Shown: in pieces, positions 43,955 to 52,409 of the stretch
How positions within the stretch are numbered: position 1 is the first letter of the stretch
Layout: each line of letters opens with the position of its first letter
NCBI GenBank assembly: GCA_034189785.1
Contig: JAXHUG010000025.1
Coordinates: forward strand, 4,447 to 68,446
Length of the DNA: 64,000 bases
Direction of reading: 5' to 3'
DNA from: Actinomycetota bacterium
Lineage (GTDB): Bacteria > Actinomycetota > Actinomycetes > Mycobacteriales > Mycobacteriaceae
Translations under genes and position numbers: made by a program
The notes under the pieces: generated by a model
The model's input: the letters and a program-made list of their open reading frames with translations, nothing else
Told to the model about the DNA's origin: nothing
The model's database searches: none

Positions 43955-43982
43955 CGGGTGCCTCTGCTCTTCGCGCAAGCGC

Positions 43983-44702
43983 TCATGGGCGGTGAGCCCT
44001 CCCGGTGAACGTGTGCACCACGTTGCGCTGCCAACCGGGCACGGTCTCGCTGTGGACGTCGGTGAACCCGTTGCGCTGCAACCTGTCCCGAAACGCCGAC
44101 GCCCCGTCGAAGTCGAGGACGCTGCGCCGCAGATACGTGTACAGCGATGCGTCGCCGGTGCGCAGGCGACCGGCCGGGATGATGATCGCCCAGCACACCG
44201 CATTCCACACCGCGGTCGCGACGGCGGAGTCCCGCACCGAGTATTCGTGCACGGTCAGCGGTGCGCCGGGGTTGAGCATGTCGTGGAAGGCGCGCAGCTG
44301 GGTGTCGGGGTCGGGGAGATTGCGCAGCAGATAGGCGGCGAAGATCCCGTCGAACGGTCCGGTCACGCCGACGTGGGCGATGTCCTCGATGTGGCTGTGG
44401 ACGAAGCGCACGGAGCCGGGCCACGCCTTCGACCGCGCCTCGGCGAGCATCCCGGCCGAGGCGTCGACGGCGACGATCTCGGCGTGCGGGGCGGCGGCGA
44501 GCAGCGCGGCGGTCGATGCGCCGGTGCCGCAGCCCGCGTCGAGCAGGCGCTTACCGCGTCCGCCCTCGGGCAGGCCCATCCGCTGTGCGGACAGCCGGAG
44601 ATGTTCGTGATAGCCGGGGTTGGCGCCGACGAGCTTGTCGTAGGCGACCGCGCCGACGTCGAACGCGGCGGGCACCTGGGCGTGGCGCAGCGCGTCACTC
44701 AT
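43983..44702 (-). CDS. crtT: Class I SAM methyltransferase of carotenoid clusters (CrtT-like)
   Basis: AFDVGAVAYDKLVGANPGYH, LLDAGCGTG; position between crtY and crtU. Confidence 0.75.
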   Translation of the reverse strand: MSDALRHAQVPAAFDVGAVAYDKLVGANPGYHEHLRLSAQRMGLPEGGRGKRLLDAGCGTGASTAALLAAAPHAEIVAVDASAGMLAEARSKAWPGSVRFVHSHIEDIAHVGVTGPFDGIFAAYLLRNLPDPDTQLRAFHDMLNPGAPLTVHEYSVRDSAVATAVWNAVCWAIIIPAGRLRTGDASLYTYLRRSVLDFDGASAFRDRLQRNGFTDVHSETVPGWQRNVVHTFTGRAHRP

Positions 44703-45036
44703 CGTGGACCCGTTCGCCGGCCTTCACGCTCCTGGTCCGCTGACGCTCCCAGAGCATCAGCACTCCGGTCACCAACGCGAACCCGAACAGGAAGTCCTCG
44801 ACCGGGATGTCCCAGGGGAACCGGATGCCACTGGTGTGCTCCTCGTTGTAGATGACGATGGGGGCGCCCAGCTTCGTCAGCCATCCGTCGACCGGGATCT
44901 GGAAGCCGACCACGATGGCCATCGAGATCCAGTACGCGGGCCGCCGGAACAGGCCGGTGCGCAACCACAGGATCTCCCAGGCCACCACCACGATCACCGC
45001 GACGATCGCGGGCAGGGTGTAGCCGGGACCGATCAT
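44695..45036 (-). CDS. crtYd: Heterodimeric lycopene cyclase subunit
   Basis: Hydrophobic 113 aa; FQIPVDGWLT, IPVEDFLFGF. Confidence 0.82.
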   Translation of the reverse strand: MIGPGYTLPAIVAVIVVVAWEILWLRTGLFRRPAYWISMAIVVGFQIPVDGWLTKLGAPIVIYNEEHTSGIRFPWDIPVEDFLFGFALVTGVLMLWERQRTRSVKAGERVHDE

Positions 45037-45377
45037 GACGACTGCGCCGATCGCGCGCGCAGCCGCCGTTTGAGGTGGGTGAGGATGGTGTCGACGGCGT
45101 TGTAGGTGAACAGCCCGCACAGCGGGATCACGATGAAGAACAGCAGTTCCTCGATCGGCACGCCCGGGAACCCGATGCCGGTGACGAACCGCGGGTTGTA
45201 GCCCCAGACGTCGGCGAAGATCGCGATCAGATCCCAGACGACGAAGACCGCGGCTATCGGCAGGATCGCCGCGGCGGCCCGCCTGGCCTGGCGGTACACC
45301 CCGGCGCCGAAGACCTCCAGCGGCAGGGTGACCAGCAGGCACGCGCCCAGGACCAGCAGGTAGTGGAAACGATCCAT
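45033..45377 (-). CDS. crtYc: Heterodimeric lycopene cyclase subunit
   Basis: FVVWDLIAI..VWGYNP..PIEELLFFIVIP. Confidence 0.85.
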   Translation of the reverse strand: MDRFHYLLVLGACLLVTLPLEVFGAGVYRQARRAAAAILPIAAVFVVWDLIAIFADVWGYNPRFVTGIGFPGVPIEELLFFIVIPLCGLFTYNAVDTILTHLKRRLRARSAQSS

Positions 45378-45379
45378 GC

Positions 45380-46330
45380 CTAGACCTTCGCAGGGTGGGC
45401 GATGCGGGCGTGCCAGGCCCGCAGCAGCCCGGCGGCCGCCACCTGGAGCCGGCGTCCGTTCCCGACGGTGGCGCGCTGGTTGAAGATGTCGAAATCGATG
45501 GCCTCGATGCGGTCCAGTATCTCAGAGTAGAGCACGGCCGCGACGCCGGCACAGGCCCGCGACCGCGGATGCAGCAGATCGACCCCGTGTCGGGCGTAGT
45601 CGTACATGCGCCGGGTGACCGCGTGCTGTTCGGCCAACGCGTTGCGTACCCGCGTGTCGGTGCGCTCAGTGGTGTGACACCACATCAGCAGATCGCGGTC
45701 GACCCCGTGCGCGGCCAGTTCGTCGGCGGGCAGGTACACCCGCCCCCGGTCGAGGTCCTCGTCGACGTCGCGCAGGAAGTTGGTCAGCTGGAAGGCTTTA
45801 CCGAGGGCCGCCGCGTACGGCGCGGCCTCCTCGCGCGGGACCACCGTGCCCAGGACCGGCAGCAACTGCAGCCCGATGACCTCCGCGGAGCCGTACATGT
45901 AGCGGTCGATCGACGCCCGGTCCGGATAGTCGGTGACGGTGAGGTCCATCCGCATCGACGCCAGGAAGTCGTCGAACAACTCCCACGGGATCCCGTAGCG
46001 GCGGGCGGTGTGCACCACCGCGGCCAGCGCCGGGTCGCCGCCGGTGGCACTGCCCTGCACGAGACCGTCGAACAACCGGGTGGCCAACCGGTGCAGGCGG
46101 TCGGCACGTTCGGCGGTGGTGGCCGCGGAGTCCAGATCGTCGAGGATGTCGTCGGCGCGGCGGGCGAACGCGTACAGGGCGTGCACCGCCGGCCGCTGTT
46201 CGGGCGCCAGCAGCCGGGTCGCCAGGTAGAAGGTCCGGCCGTGTTCGGCGTTGAGCACCCGGCAGCAGCGGTAGGCGTTGCGCAGCGCGGGGTCGCGTAC
46301 CCCGGCGGCGTCGAGTTCTGATCCGATCAT
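45380..46330 (-). CDS. crtB: Phytoene synthase
   Basis: HGRTFYLATRLL, LYAFARRADDILDD, AFQLTNFLRDVDED..GRVYLP. Confidence 0.94.
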   Translation of the reverse strand: MIGSELDAAGVRDPALRNAYRCCRVLNAEHGRTFYLATRLLAPEQRPAVHALYAFARRADDILDDLDSAATTAERADRLHRLATRLFDGLVQGSATGGDPALAAVVHTARRYGIPWELFDDFLASMRMDLTVTDYPDRASIDRYMYGSAEVIGLQLLPVLGTVVPREEAAPYAAALGKAFQLTNFLRDVDEDLDRGRVYLPADELAAHGVDRDLLMWCHTTERTDTRVRNALAEQHAVTRRMYDYARHGVDLLHPRSRACAGVAAVLYSEILDRIEAIDFDIFNQRATVGNGRRLQVAAAGLLRAWHARIAHPAKV

Positions 46331-47856
46331 GACAGCCCGTTCCTCGTTCTGGTCGGGGCCGCCGGGGGGGTGGACGAGGTGACGGTCCCGGTGATTCTAT
46401 CTGCGGCCAACCGGCCGGACAGCAACGCGGTCGGCACCCCGACGCCGGGGACCGTGGACGATCCGGCCAGCACGACGTTCTCAGCGCCGCGAATCGTGTT
46501 CGCGGGCCGGAACGGGCCGGTCTGGCCGAAGGTGTGTGCCAATGCGAACGGGGTGCCCGCCGCCATGTCCTGGCGGGCCCACCCGTCGGGGTCCACGACG
46601 TGCAGCAGTTCGAGGTCGTCACCGACCCCGGGCATCCGCCGGCGCACCATGGCCAGCATCCCCTCGACGTAGGCGTCGCTCGTCCGGGACCAGTCGACCT
46701 GTCCCACGGCCGTGTTCGGTGCGGGCGCCAGCACGTAGAGCAGATCGCGACCCGGTGGGGCGAGGCCCGGATCACCGGCGGTGGGCCGGGTGACCAGCAG
46801 CGACGGATCGCTCATCACCCGACCCTCGTCGATGATGTCGCGGAACGTCTGCTCCCACGCGCCACCGAACAGGATGTTGTGGTGCGCCACAACGGGATCG
46901 ACGGCGGCGCACCCGACATGCGCGACCACCGCCGACGGCGCCGGCCGTAGCGGTAGCAGGCGCCGGGGTGTGCGGCCGAGCAGGCGATAGGTGGTCGGCA
47001 ACTCCGTGGTGAGGACGACGGCGTCGGCCGGGATGCGGTCACCCGCGTCGGTGCGCACCGCCGTCACCCGGCCGTCGGCGCTGCGTTCGAGCACAGAAAC
47101 CGCCGAACCGTAACGGAATTCGACTCCGGCGTCGGCGGCGGCGGCCGCCATCGCGTCCGGTACGGCGCGCATGCCGCCGCGGGGGAAGTACACCCCCGCC
47201 ACGGTGTCCATGTAGGCGATCACCGCGTAGGCGGCCAGCGCCTTGTGCGGTGGCACGCCGGCGTAGAGGGCCTGGAAGGTGAAGATGCGGCGCAGGCGCT
47301 CGTCGGCGATGTAGTTCCGCACCACGCGATCCCACCGCCGGAAACCGCCCATTGCGGCCAGCCGGGCCAGCTGCGGTGTCACCAGAGACAGCGGTGAATC
47401 GAAGTTGGAGGCGATGAATCCGTTGAACTCGGCCTGGTACAGCCGGGTCAACCAGGTGCGCAGCCGCAGATAGCCGTCGGCGGCGTCGGAGCCGGCGAAG
47501 CGTTCGACCTCGGAGGCCATCGTGGTGGCGTCGGTGTGTACGTGCAGGCCGCTGCCGTCGGCGAACGACGCGTGGTAGGCGGGGTCGACGCGGTCGAGCT
47601 CGAGGCGCCCGTTCATCGAATCACCCACGGCGGCGAAGGCGTCCTCGATGATGTCGGGCATCGTCAACACGGTCGGTCCGGTGTCGAGCCGGTAACCGTT
47701 GATGTCGAGCCGGCCCATCCGGCCGCCCGGCAGCGTCTCGCGTTCGAGCACCGTGACGGAGCGGCCGCGCCCGGCCAGCTGCAGCGCGGCCGACAGGCCG
47801 GACAATCCGGCGCCGACGACCACCACGCGGTCTGTTCGCCCCCCGACGGTACGCAT
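46327..47856 (-). CDS. crtI: Phytoene desaturase
   Basis: VVVGAGLSGL, PGGRMG, DTGPTVLTMP, FGQTGPFRP, GVGVP. Confidence 0.94.
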   Translation of the reverse strand: MRTVGGRTDRVVVVGAGLSGLSAALQLAGRGRSVTVLERETLPGGRMGRLDINGYRLDTGPTVLTMPDIIEDAFAAVGDSMNGRLELDRVDPAYHASFADGSGLHVHTDATTMASEVERFAGSDAADGYLRLRTWLTRLYQAEFNGFIASNFDSPLSLVTPQLARLAAMGGFRRWDRVVRNYIADERLRRIFTFQALYAGVPPHKALAAYAVIAYMDTVAGVYFPRGGMRAVPDAMAAAAADAGVEFRYGSAVSVLERSADGRVTAVRTDAGDRIPADAVVLTTELPTTYRLLGRTPRRLLPLRPAPSAVVAHVGCAAVDPVVAHHNILFGGAWEQTFRDIIDEGRVMSDPSLLVTRPTAGDPGLAPPGRDLLYVLAPAPNTAVGQVDWSRTSDAYVEGMLAMVRRRMPGVGDDLELLHVVDPDGWARQDMAAGTPFALAHTFGQTGPFRPANTIRGAENVVLAGSSTVPGVGVPTALLSGRLAADRITGTVTSSTPPAAPTRTRNGLS

Positions 47857-47884
47857 CAGTTCGATTCTCCTGCCTGTTTGCCGG

Positions 47885-48898
47885 TCACGCAGCCCGCTGA
47901 GTGCAGACGGTGGCCGTGTTGACCAGTGCGGTTCGCACGGTGTCGTCGAGTGGGCTGGTGTGGATGCGCTCCAGCGCATGGGAGAGCCGCCGGTCGATCA
48001 GCTGCTCGATCCACTGCACGGCGCCGGTTGCCGCGGTCAGGTGTTGCCGGCGGGTGATGTCACTCGCGTCGAGGTCGCGTCGCGACATCAACTCGGTGAG
48101 TTGGTTGCGCACCGACGGTTCGGACAGGTCGCCGCCGGCGGGTTTACCGGTCACGGTCGGGGCCCCGAAGATGCCGAGGAGGTCGTCGCGCAGCTGGAAC
48201 GCCTCACCGACGGCCGCGCCGTAGTGCCCGAGCAATCCCAGCGTCGCCTCCGGGCAGCCCGCCAGTGCACCGCCGATCTCCAGGGGGCGGCGCACGGTGC
48301 AGTTACCGGATTTGCGGCGTGCGACGTCGAGCACGTCCTCCAGTGTCGGCCGTCCGCCCGCATCATTGACCAGATCGGCGAACTGGCCCACCGCGAGTTC
48401 CGTGCGCATTGCGTCATACCGCGGCCACGCCCGGCCCAGCGCGCGGTCACCCAGACCGCTCTCCCGCATCATCTGTCCTGCCCACACCAGGCAGAGGTCG
48501 CCGAGCAGCACCGCCGCCGACGCTCCGAACCGCTCCGCCGATCCGTTGAGTCCGTTGTCCCGGTGCCACTGCGCGAAGCGCACATGCGCCGCCGGCCGGC
48601 CCCGGCGCGGCGGTGAATCGTCCATCACGTCGTCCTGCAGCAGCGCGAACACATGCAGCGGGTCGAAACTCGCCGCGGCACGCAGTGCGGCGTCGTCGGG
48701 TGCCGCACCGGCCAGCCGGCCGAGGTAGGCGAACGTCGAGCGCAGGCACTTACCGTCGCTGACGAAGTCGGAGAGCACGTCGACGGTGACGTCGACACCC
48801 GTGAGCCGCAGGTCGTCGGCGCACCGGTCGGTGACGAACTCCGTCACCGCATCGATGGCCGCGCGGCGCACGTCCTCGCGATCGTCGGCACCGCTCAC
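47885..48898 (-). CDS. crtE: GGPP synthase, possibly degenerate
   Basis: GKCLR, QDDVMD..RRG and FQLRDDLLG are present. The helix after GKPAGGDLSE looks deleted, and the ELLH, KSGNY and LGW consensus positions are substituted. Confidence 0.75.
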   Translation of the reverse strand: MSGADDREDVRRAAIDAVTEFVTDRCADDLRLTGVDVTVDVLSDFVSDGKCLRSTFAYLGRLAGAAPDDAALRAAASFDPLHVFALLQDDVMDDSPPRRGRPAAHVRFAQWHRDNGLNGSAERFGASAAVLLGDLCLVWAGQMMRESGLGDRALGRAWPRYDAMRTELAVGQFADLVNDAGGRPTLEDVLDVARRKSGNCTVRRPLEIGGALAGCPEATLGLLGHYGAAVGEAFQLRDDLLGIFGAPTVTGKPAGGDLSEPSVRNQLTELMSRRDLDASDITRRQHLTAATGAVQWIEQLIDRRLSHALERIHTSPLDDTVRTALVNTATVCTQRAA

Positions 48899-48955
48899 CC
48901 GAAACCTTCCGCCGGACCCTGTCTGTGATCACCGAACTAGGGTTCTGGTTGTCCG

Positions 48956-48979
48956 TACCCGTGATCGTGGAAACCAATC
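48956..48979 (-). promoter_or_regulatory. SigF-type promoter of the crt operon
   Basis: Minus strand GATT-N15-GGGTA upstream of crtE. The crt genes are SigF-dependent in M. smegmatis. Confidence 0.5.
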
Positions 48980-49032
48980 GGTATCCGATGTAACGATGCG
49001 TCATCACTTCGCTCATCCGTCGGGAGGCCGCC

Positions 49033-49956
49033 GTGCGGGCTGACCAGGCCCTTCGTCGCAGCGTCGGGTTCAGCGGTCCGGTCAGCCCGGCGCTCACCCT
49101 CGCGCCGCTGCGGCGTGGTCGCGGTGACCCCTGTTTCCACCGTGCCGCCGACGGGGCGATCTGGCGCACCAGCCTACCGCCGAGCGGCCCGGTGACGGCT
49201 CGAATCACCGGCGCGGCGGCGAACGCGGTCGACGTCGATGCCTGGGGTCCCGGCGCGGCCGAATTCCTCGACGACGCGCCGGGGCTGCTCGGCGCCGCCG
49301 ACGACAACACGGGATTCGCCCCGCAGGAGCCGACGATCGCCCTGGCGCACCGGCGGGTGCCTCACCTGAGGTTGGGACGTACCGGCCGGGTGCTCGAGGC
49401 GCTGATCCCAGCCGTGCTCGAACAGCGGGTCACCGGCATGGACGCGTTCCGTGCCTGGCGGCTGCTGGTCACCGAGTACGGCACACCGGCGCCCGGGCCC
49501 GCCCCGGGGCACATGCGGGTGCCGCCGAGCGCGCGGATCTGGCGGAGCGTCCCGTCGTGGGAGTTCCACCGGGCCAACGTGGATCCGCGGCGTGCGCGCA
49601 CGGTGGTGCTGTGCGCGCAGCGGGCCGAGTCGATCGAGCGACTGTCCGCCCGGCCGGCCGAGGAGGCGCGCGCGGCGATGATGTCGCTGCCGGGGCTCGG
49701 GGAGTGGACCGCCGCGGAGACCGCGCAGCGGGCGTGGGGTGACCCCGACGCGCTCTCGGTCGGCGACTACCACCTCGCGAAGACAGTCGGGTGGAGTCTG
49801 CTCGGCCACCCGATCGACGACCAGGCGATGGTCGGGCTTCTCGAACCGATGCGCCCGCACCGTCATCGGGCGGTGCGCCTCCTGCTGGCCAGCGGGCTGG
49901 CCCGCAACCCGCGATTCGGCGCCCGGCTGGTGATCCCCGAGCTTGCCGAACTGTGA
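49033..49956 (+). CDS. AlkA/HhH-GPD family DNA glycosylase-like protein
   Basis: LIPAVLEQRVTG, HhH motif LPGLGEWTA, GDPDALSVGDYHL. Confidence 0.85.
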   Translation: MRADQALRRSVGFSGPVSPALTLAPLRRGRGDPCFHRAADGAIWRTSLPPSGPVTARITGAAANAVDVDAWGPGAAEFLDDAPGLLGAADDNTGFAPQEPTIALAHRRVPHLRLGRTGRVLEALIPAVLEQRVTGMDAFRAWRLLVTEYGTPAPGPAPGHMRVPPSARIWRSVPSWEFHRANVDPRRARTVVLCAQRAESIERLSARPAEEARAAMMSLPGLGEWTAAETAQRAWGDPDALSVGDYHLAKTVGWSLLGHPIDDQAMVGLLEPMRPHRHRAVRLLLASGLARNPRFGARLVIPELAEL

Positions 49957-49971
49957 CGTACATCGGTCTCT

Positions 49972-49996
49972 GATTACGCCGCGACGGTGAGGGGTA
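49972..49996 (+). promoter_or_regulatory. SigF-type promoter of dps
   Basis: GATT-N16-GGGTA upstream of dps. Confidence 0.62.
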
Positions 49997-50043
49997 AGTG
50001 GCAGATTGGAAGACTTGATCGCGCGCAAGAAGGAGATGTTCCA

Positions 50044-50583
50044 ATGGCGTACACCGTTCCCGGCATGACCGACAAAGAGGGCGCACAGGTCGCGGAGCTG
50101 CTGCAGAAGCAGCTCAGCCGGTACAACGATCTGCACCTGACGCTCAAGCACATCCACTGGAACGTGGTCGGCCCGAACTTCATCGGTGTGCACGAGATGA
50201 TCGATCCGCAGGTCGAGTTGGTGCGCGGCTACGCCGACGAGGTGGCCGAGCGCATCGCGACCCTGGGCGGCTCCCCGAAGGGCACCCCGGGGGCGATCAT
50301 CAGCGACCGTAGCTGGGATGACTACTCGTTGGAGCGCGACACCGTCCAGGCGCACCTGGCCGCGCTCGACCTGGTCTACGACGGCGTCATCGAGGACACC
50401 CGCAAGAACATCGAGGAGACTGAGGAGCCCGACCCGGTCACCAACGACATGCTGATCGGCCAGGCCGCGGAGCTGGAGAAGTTCCAGTGGTTCGTGCGCG
50501 CCCATCTTGAGAACGCCGGCGGCGATCTCAAGCACGGCGGCGAGTCCACCGAGAAGGGTGCGGCCAAAGCGGCCAAGCGCTGA
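50044..50583 (+). CDS. dps: DNA starvation/stationary phase protection protein
   Basis: LHLTLKHIHWNVVGPNFIGVHEMID..DEVAERIATLG. Confidence 0.96.
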   Translation: MAYTVPGMTDKEGAQVAELLQKQLSRYNDLHLTLKHIHWNVVGPNFIGVHEMIDPQVELVRGYADEVAERIATLGGSPKGTPGAIISDRSWDDYSLERDTVQAHLAALDLVYDGVIEDTRKNIEETEEPDPVTNDMLIGQAAELEKFQWFVRAHLENAGGDLKHGGESTEKGAAKAAKR

Positions 50584-50595
50584 CCTTCCGAATAC

Positions 50596-50637
50596 CACGA
50601 ACACGGCCCGCGTCCGAGGATGCGGGCCGTGTTCGTG
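50596..50637. terminator. Long hairpin between convergent genes (bidirectional terminator)
   Basis: cacgaacacggcccgcgtcc-ga-ggatgcgggccgtgttcgtg, about a 20-bp stem with one G-U pair. Confidence 0.75.
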
Positions 50638-50643
50638 CCTGGA

Positions 50644-50916
50644 TCAGCCGCCGTTGGTGACCGGGTTCGACGACAGCGTGATGAAACCTCCGTTGATCCA
50701 CACACCCCAGCGACCACCCCACGCCGACGTCCACACGACGGGCTGTCCTTCCCAGAACTCGGCCGGCTTGGGCGGTGCCCAGACCGGTACCGGTTCGCCC
50801 TGAGCGGGCGGCGGCGGAGGGGGAGCCGGCTGGGCGGCTGCGACCGGTACGCCGAGGCCGAGCGCGCCTGCGGTGAGGCCGACGGTGATCGCGACGGCGG
50901 ACAGAGTCGACTTCAT
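50644..50916 (-). CDS. Small secreted Pro/Trp-rich protein
   Basis: Signal peptide ending AAA|QP, poly-Pro linker, Trp-rich C-terminus; start overlaps the upstream stop. Confidence 0.72.
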   Translation of the reverse strand: MKSTLSAVAITVGLTAGALGLGVPVAAAQPAPPPPPPAQGEPVPVWAPPKPAEFWEGQPVVWTSAWGGRWGVWINGGFITLSSNPVTNGG

Positions 50917-51383
50917 CGTTGGTTGTATCCCCAGTTCCACACCGACGGGTCCACCGGCGGATAGTTCATGCAGACGTCGGTGGCATGTGCGACCACGCCC
51001 TTGTTGTTGAAGAACAGCTTCGCCCAGTTACCCCAGCGCGTGGCCATCTGCTCGTAGTAGACGTTGGTCGCCGTGGCCTCGGAGTACTGCCGGCGGGCGG
51101 GGTAGTCCAGCGAGAAGAACCAGTAGATCCGGTTGCGGGCGCCGTCCTGCACGTCGACCGGCCGGTTGTTGTAGTCGATCATGTACCGCTCGTAGTAGAC
51201 GGGCGAGGTGTCGCGCGCCGCGGCCATGTACTGGTCGACCGTGCAGGTGGTCTTGAGGATCCGGTTCGGGATCGGGTAGTCGTCGGTGGCGTCGGCCGAG
51301 GCGACCGCGGGGGTGGCCACCACGCCCATGGCGACGGCAGCGCTGAGCGCGCCCGTCCAGAGTGCTTTCAGGCGCTTGGCCAT
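50913..51383 (-). CDS. Secreted DUF5078-like protein
   Basis: Signal peptide ASA|DATDDYPIP..TTC..QYMAAARD..YYERYMID..W.NWAKLFFNNKGV..C. Confidence 0.78.
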   Translation of the reverse strand: MAKRLKALWTGALSAAVAMGVVATPAVASADATDDYPIPNRILKTTCTVDQYMAAARDTSPVYYERYMIDYNNRPVDVQDGARNRIYWFFSLDYPARRQYSEATATNVYYEQMATRWGNWAKLFFNNKGVVAHATDVCMNYPPVDPSVWNWGYNQR

Positions 51384-51427
51384 GATGCTCCCTTTGCCTT
51401 CGGTGGATCTCGGTTGGGTGAGGGCGC

Positions 51428-51763
51428 TCACGCGGGCTTCTCCGCAGCCTGCTGCAGCAGCGCCTGATGGACCGGGCAGTAGGTGGGGTACGCCAGGCCC
51501 AGGAACTGCCACGCCTGTTCGGTGCTGCTGCCCTTCGGAAGCTGCATGGAGACGAAACTCGCTGACTCGTAGGCGTTCTCGTCGACACCGCGATCGATAC
51601 GCTCACACGCGATCTTGGCGATCCAGGCGTTGTAATCCTTCTGCCCGTAGATCCCGATCGTGTGCAGCGCGTTCGCGAAATCGGTGTCGGGGTCGGCGTG
51701 TGCGACGGCCGGCGTGGCGAGCGCCAGGCCAGTGAAGGCAACCGCCAGGATCGCTCTCTTCAT
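51428..51763 (-). CDS. Secreted DUF732 family protein
   Basis: AHA|DPDTDFANAL..GI...IAC...FLG.A...YCP. Confidence 0.82.
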   Translation of the reverse strand: MKRAILAVAFTGLALATPAVAHADPDTDFANALHTIGIYGQKDYNAWIAKIACERIDRGVDENAYESASFVSMQLPKGSSTEQAWQFLGLAYPTYCPVHQALLQQAAEKPA

Positions 51764-52333
51764 GGCGAGGATGTTAGCCTGCCTAATTCTGCTTGTCACG
51801 GCCACCCCTGCCTCCGATCGGGGTGTTGAGCGGGTGTGACATCACGCTCAGCATGCGGGATGGCGACGTGGGCGAGGTGGGATCGACATCGCGGTGGCCG
51901 GGATTTGCCGTGGGACTCGGCAATCGACGGTTCAGCGGCTTCATGTCGCGCGTCGCGACGCCCGTTTGGGCGCAGATCGGCGATGTCTAAGAATCTGACG
52001 AGGCTTTCTGCAAACGTCACACAGTCAACAACACCAGCCAAATGACCTCGAGATCTGCCTGTAGCAAACTGCTGGAATGTGACAGCAATCTCTCGGCCGG
52101 ATAGCGTTTCGGGCGCCGACCCGTGGGGCTTCGGTGAATCAGCTTACTTTGCAAGGGTTTTCGCGCAGCGGATGATCGCCGCGCGACGGCCTCGGTAACG
52201 TGGGACGTAGGTATAGATTAGGTGGGACTAAGTTGGCATATCAGCCGGTGTTTGACCTATCGTTTTCTTCACTTGTGGCGAGTGGAAAAAAGGCCGCTGT
52301 TCAGTGCTGCACAGAGGACCGCCTCCGCCCCGT

Positions 52334-52366
52334 CAGCTGGCTGCCGTCGCAGACGGCAGCCAACTG
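52334..52366 (+). other. Strong hairpin in the gltB leader
   Basis: tggctgccgtc-gca-gacggcagcca (11-bp stem) flanked by cag/ctg, about 45 nt upstream of the gltB start. Confidence 0.5.
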
Positions 52367-52409
52367 AAACTTCGCCGAAGGTTCGAGAGTAAGGGTCAGG
52401 TGGGATCCA

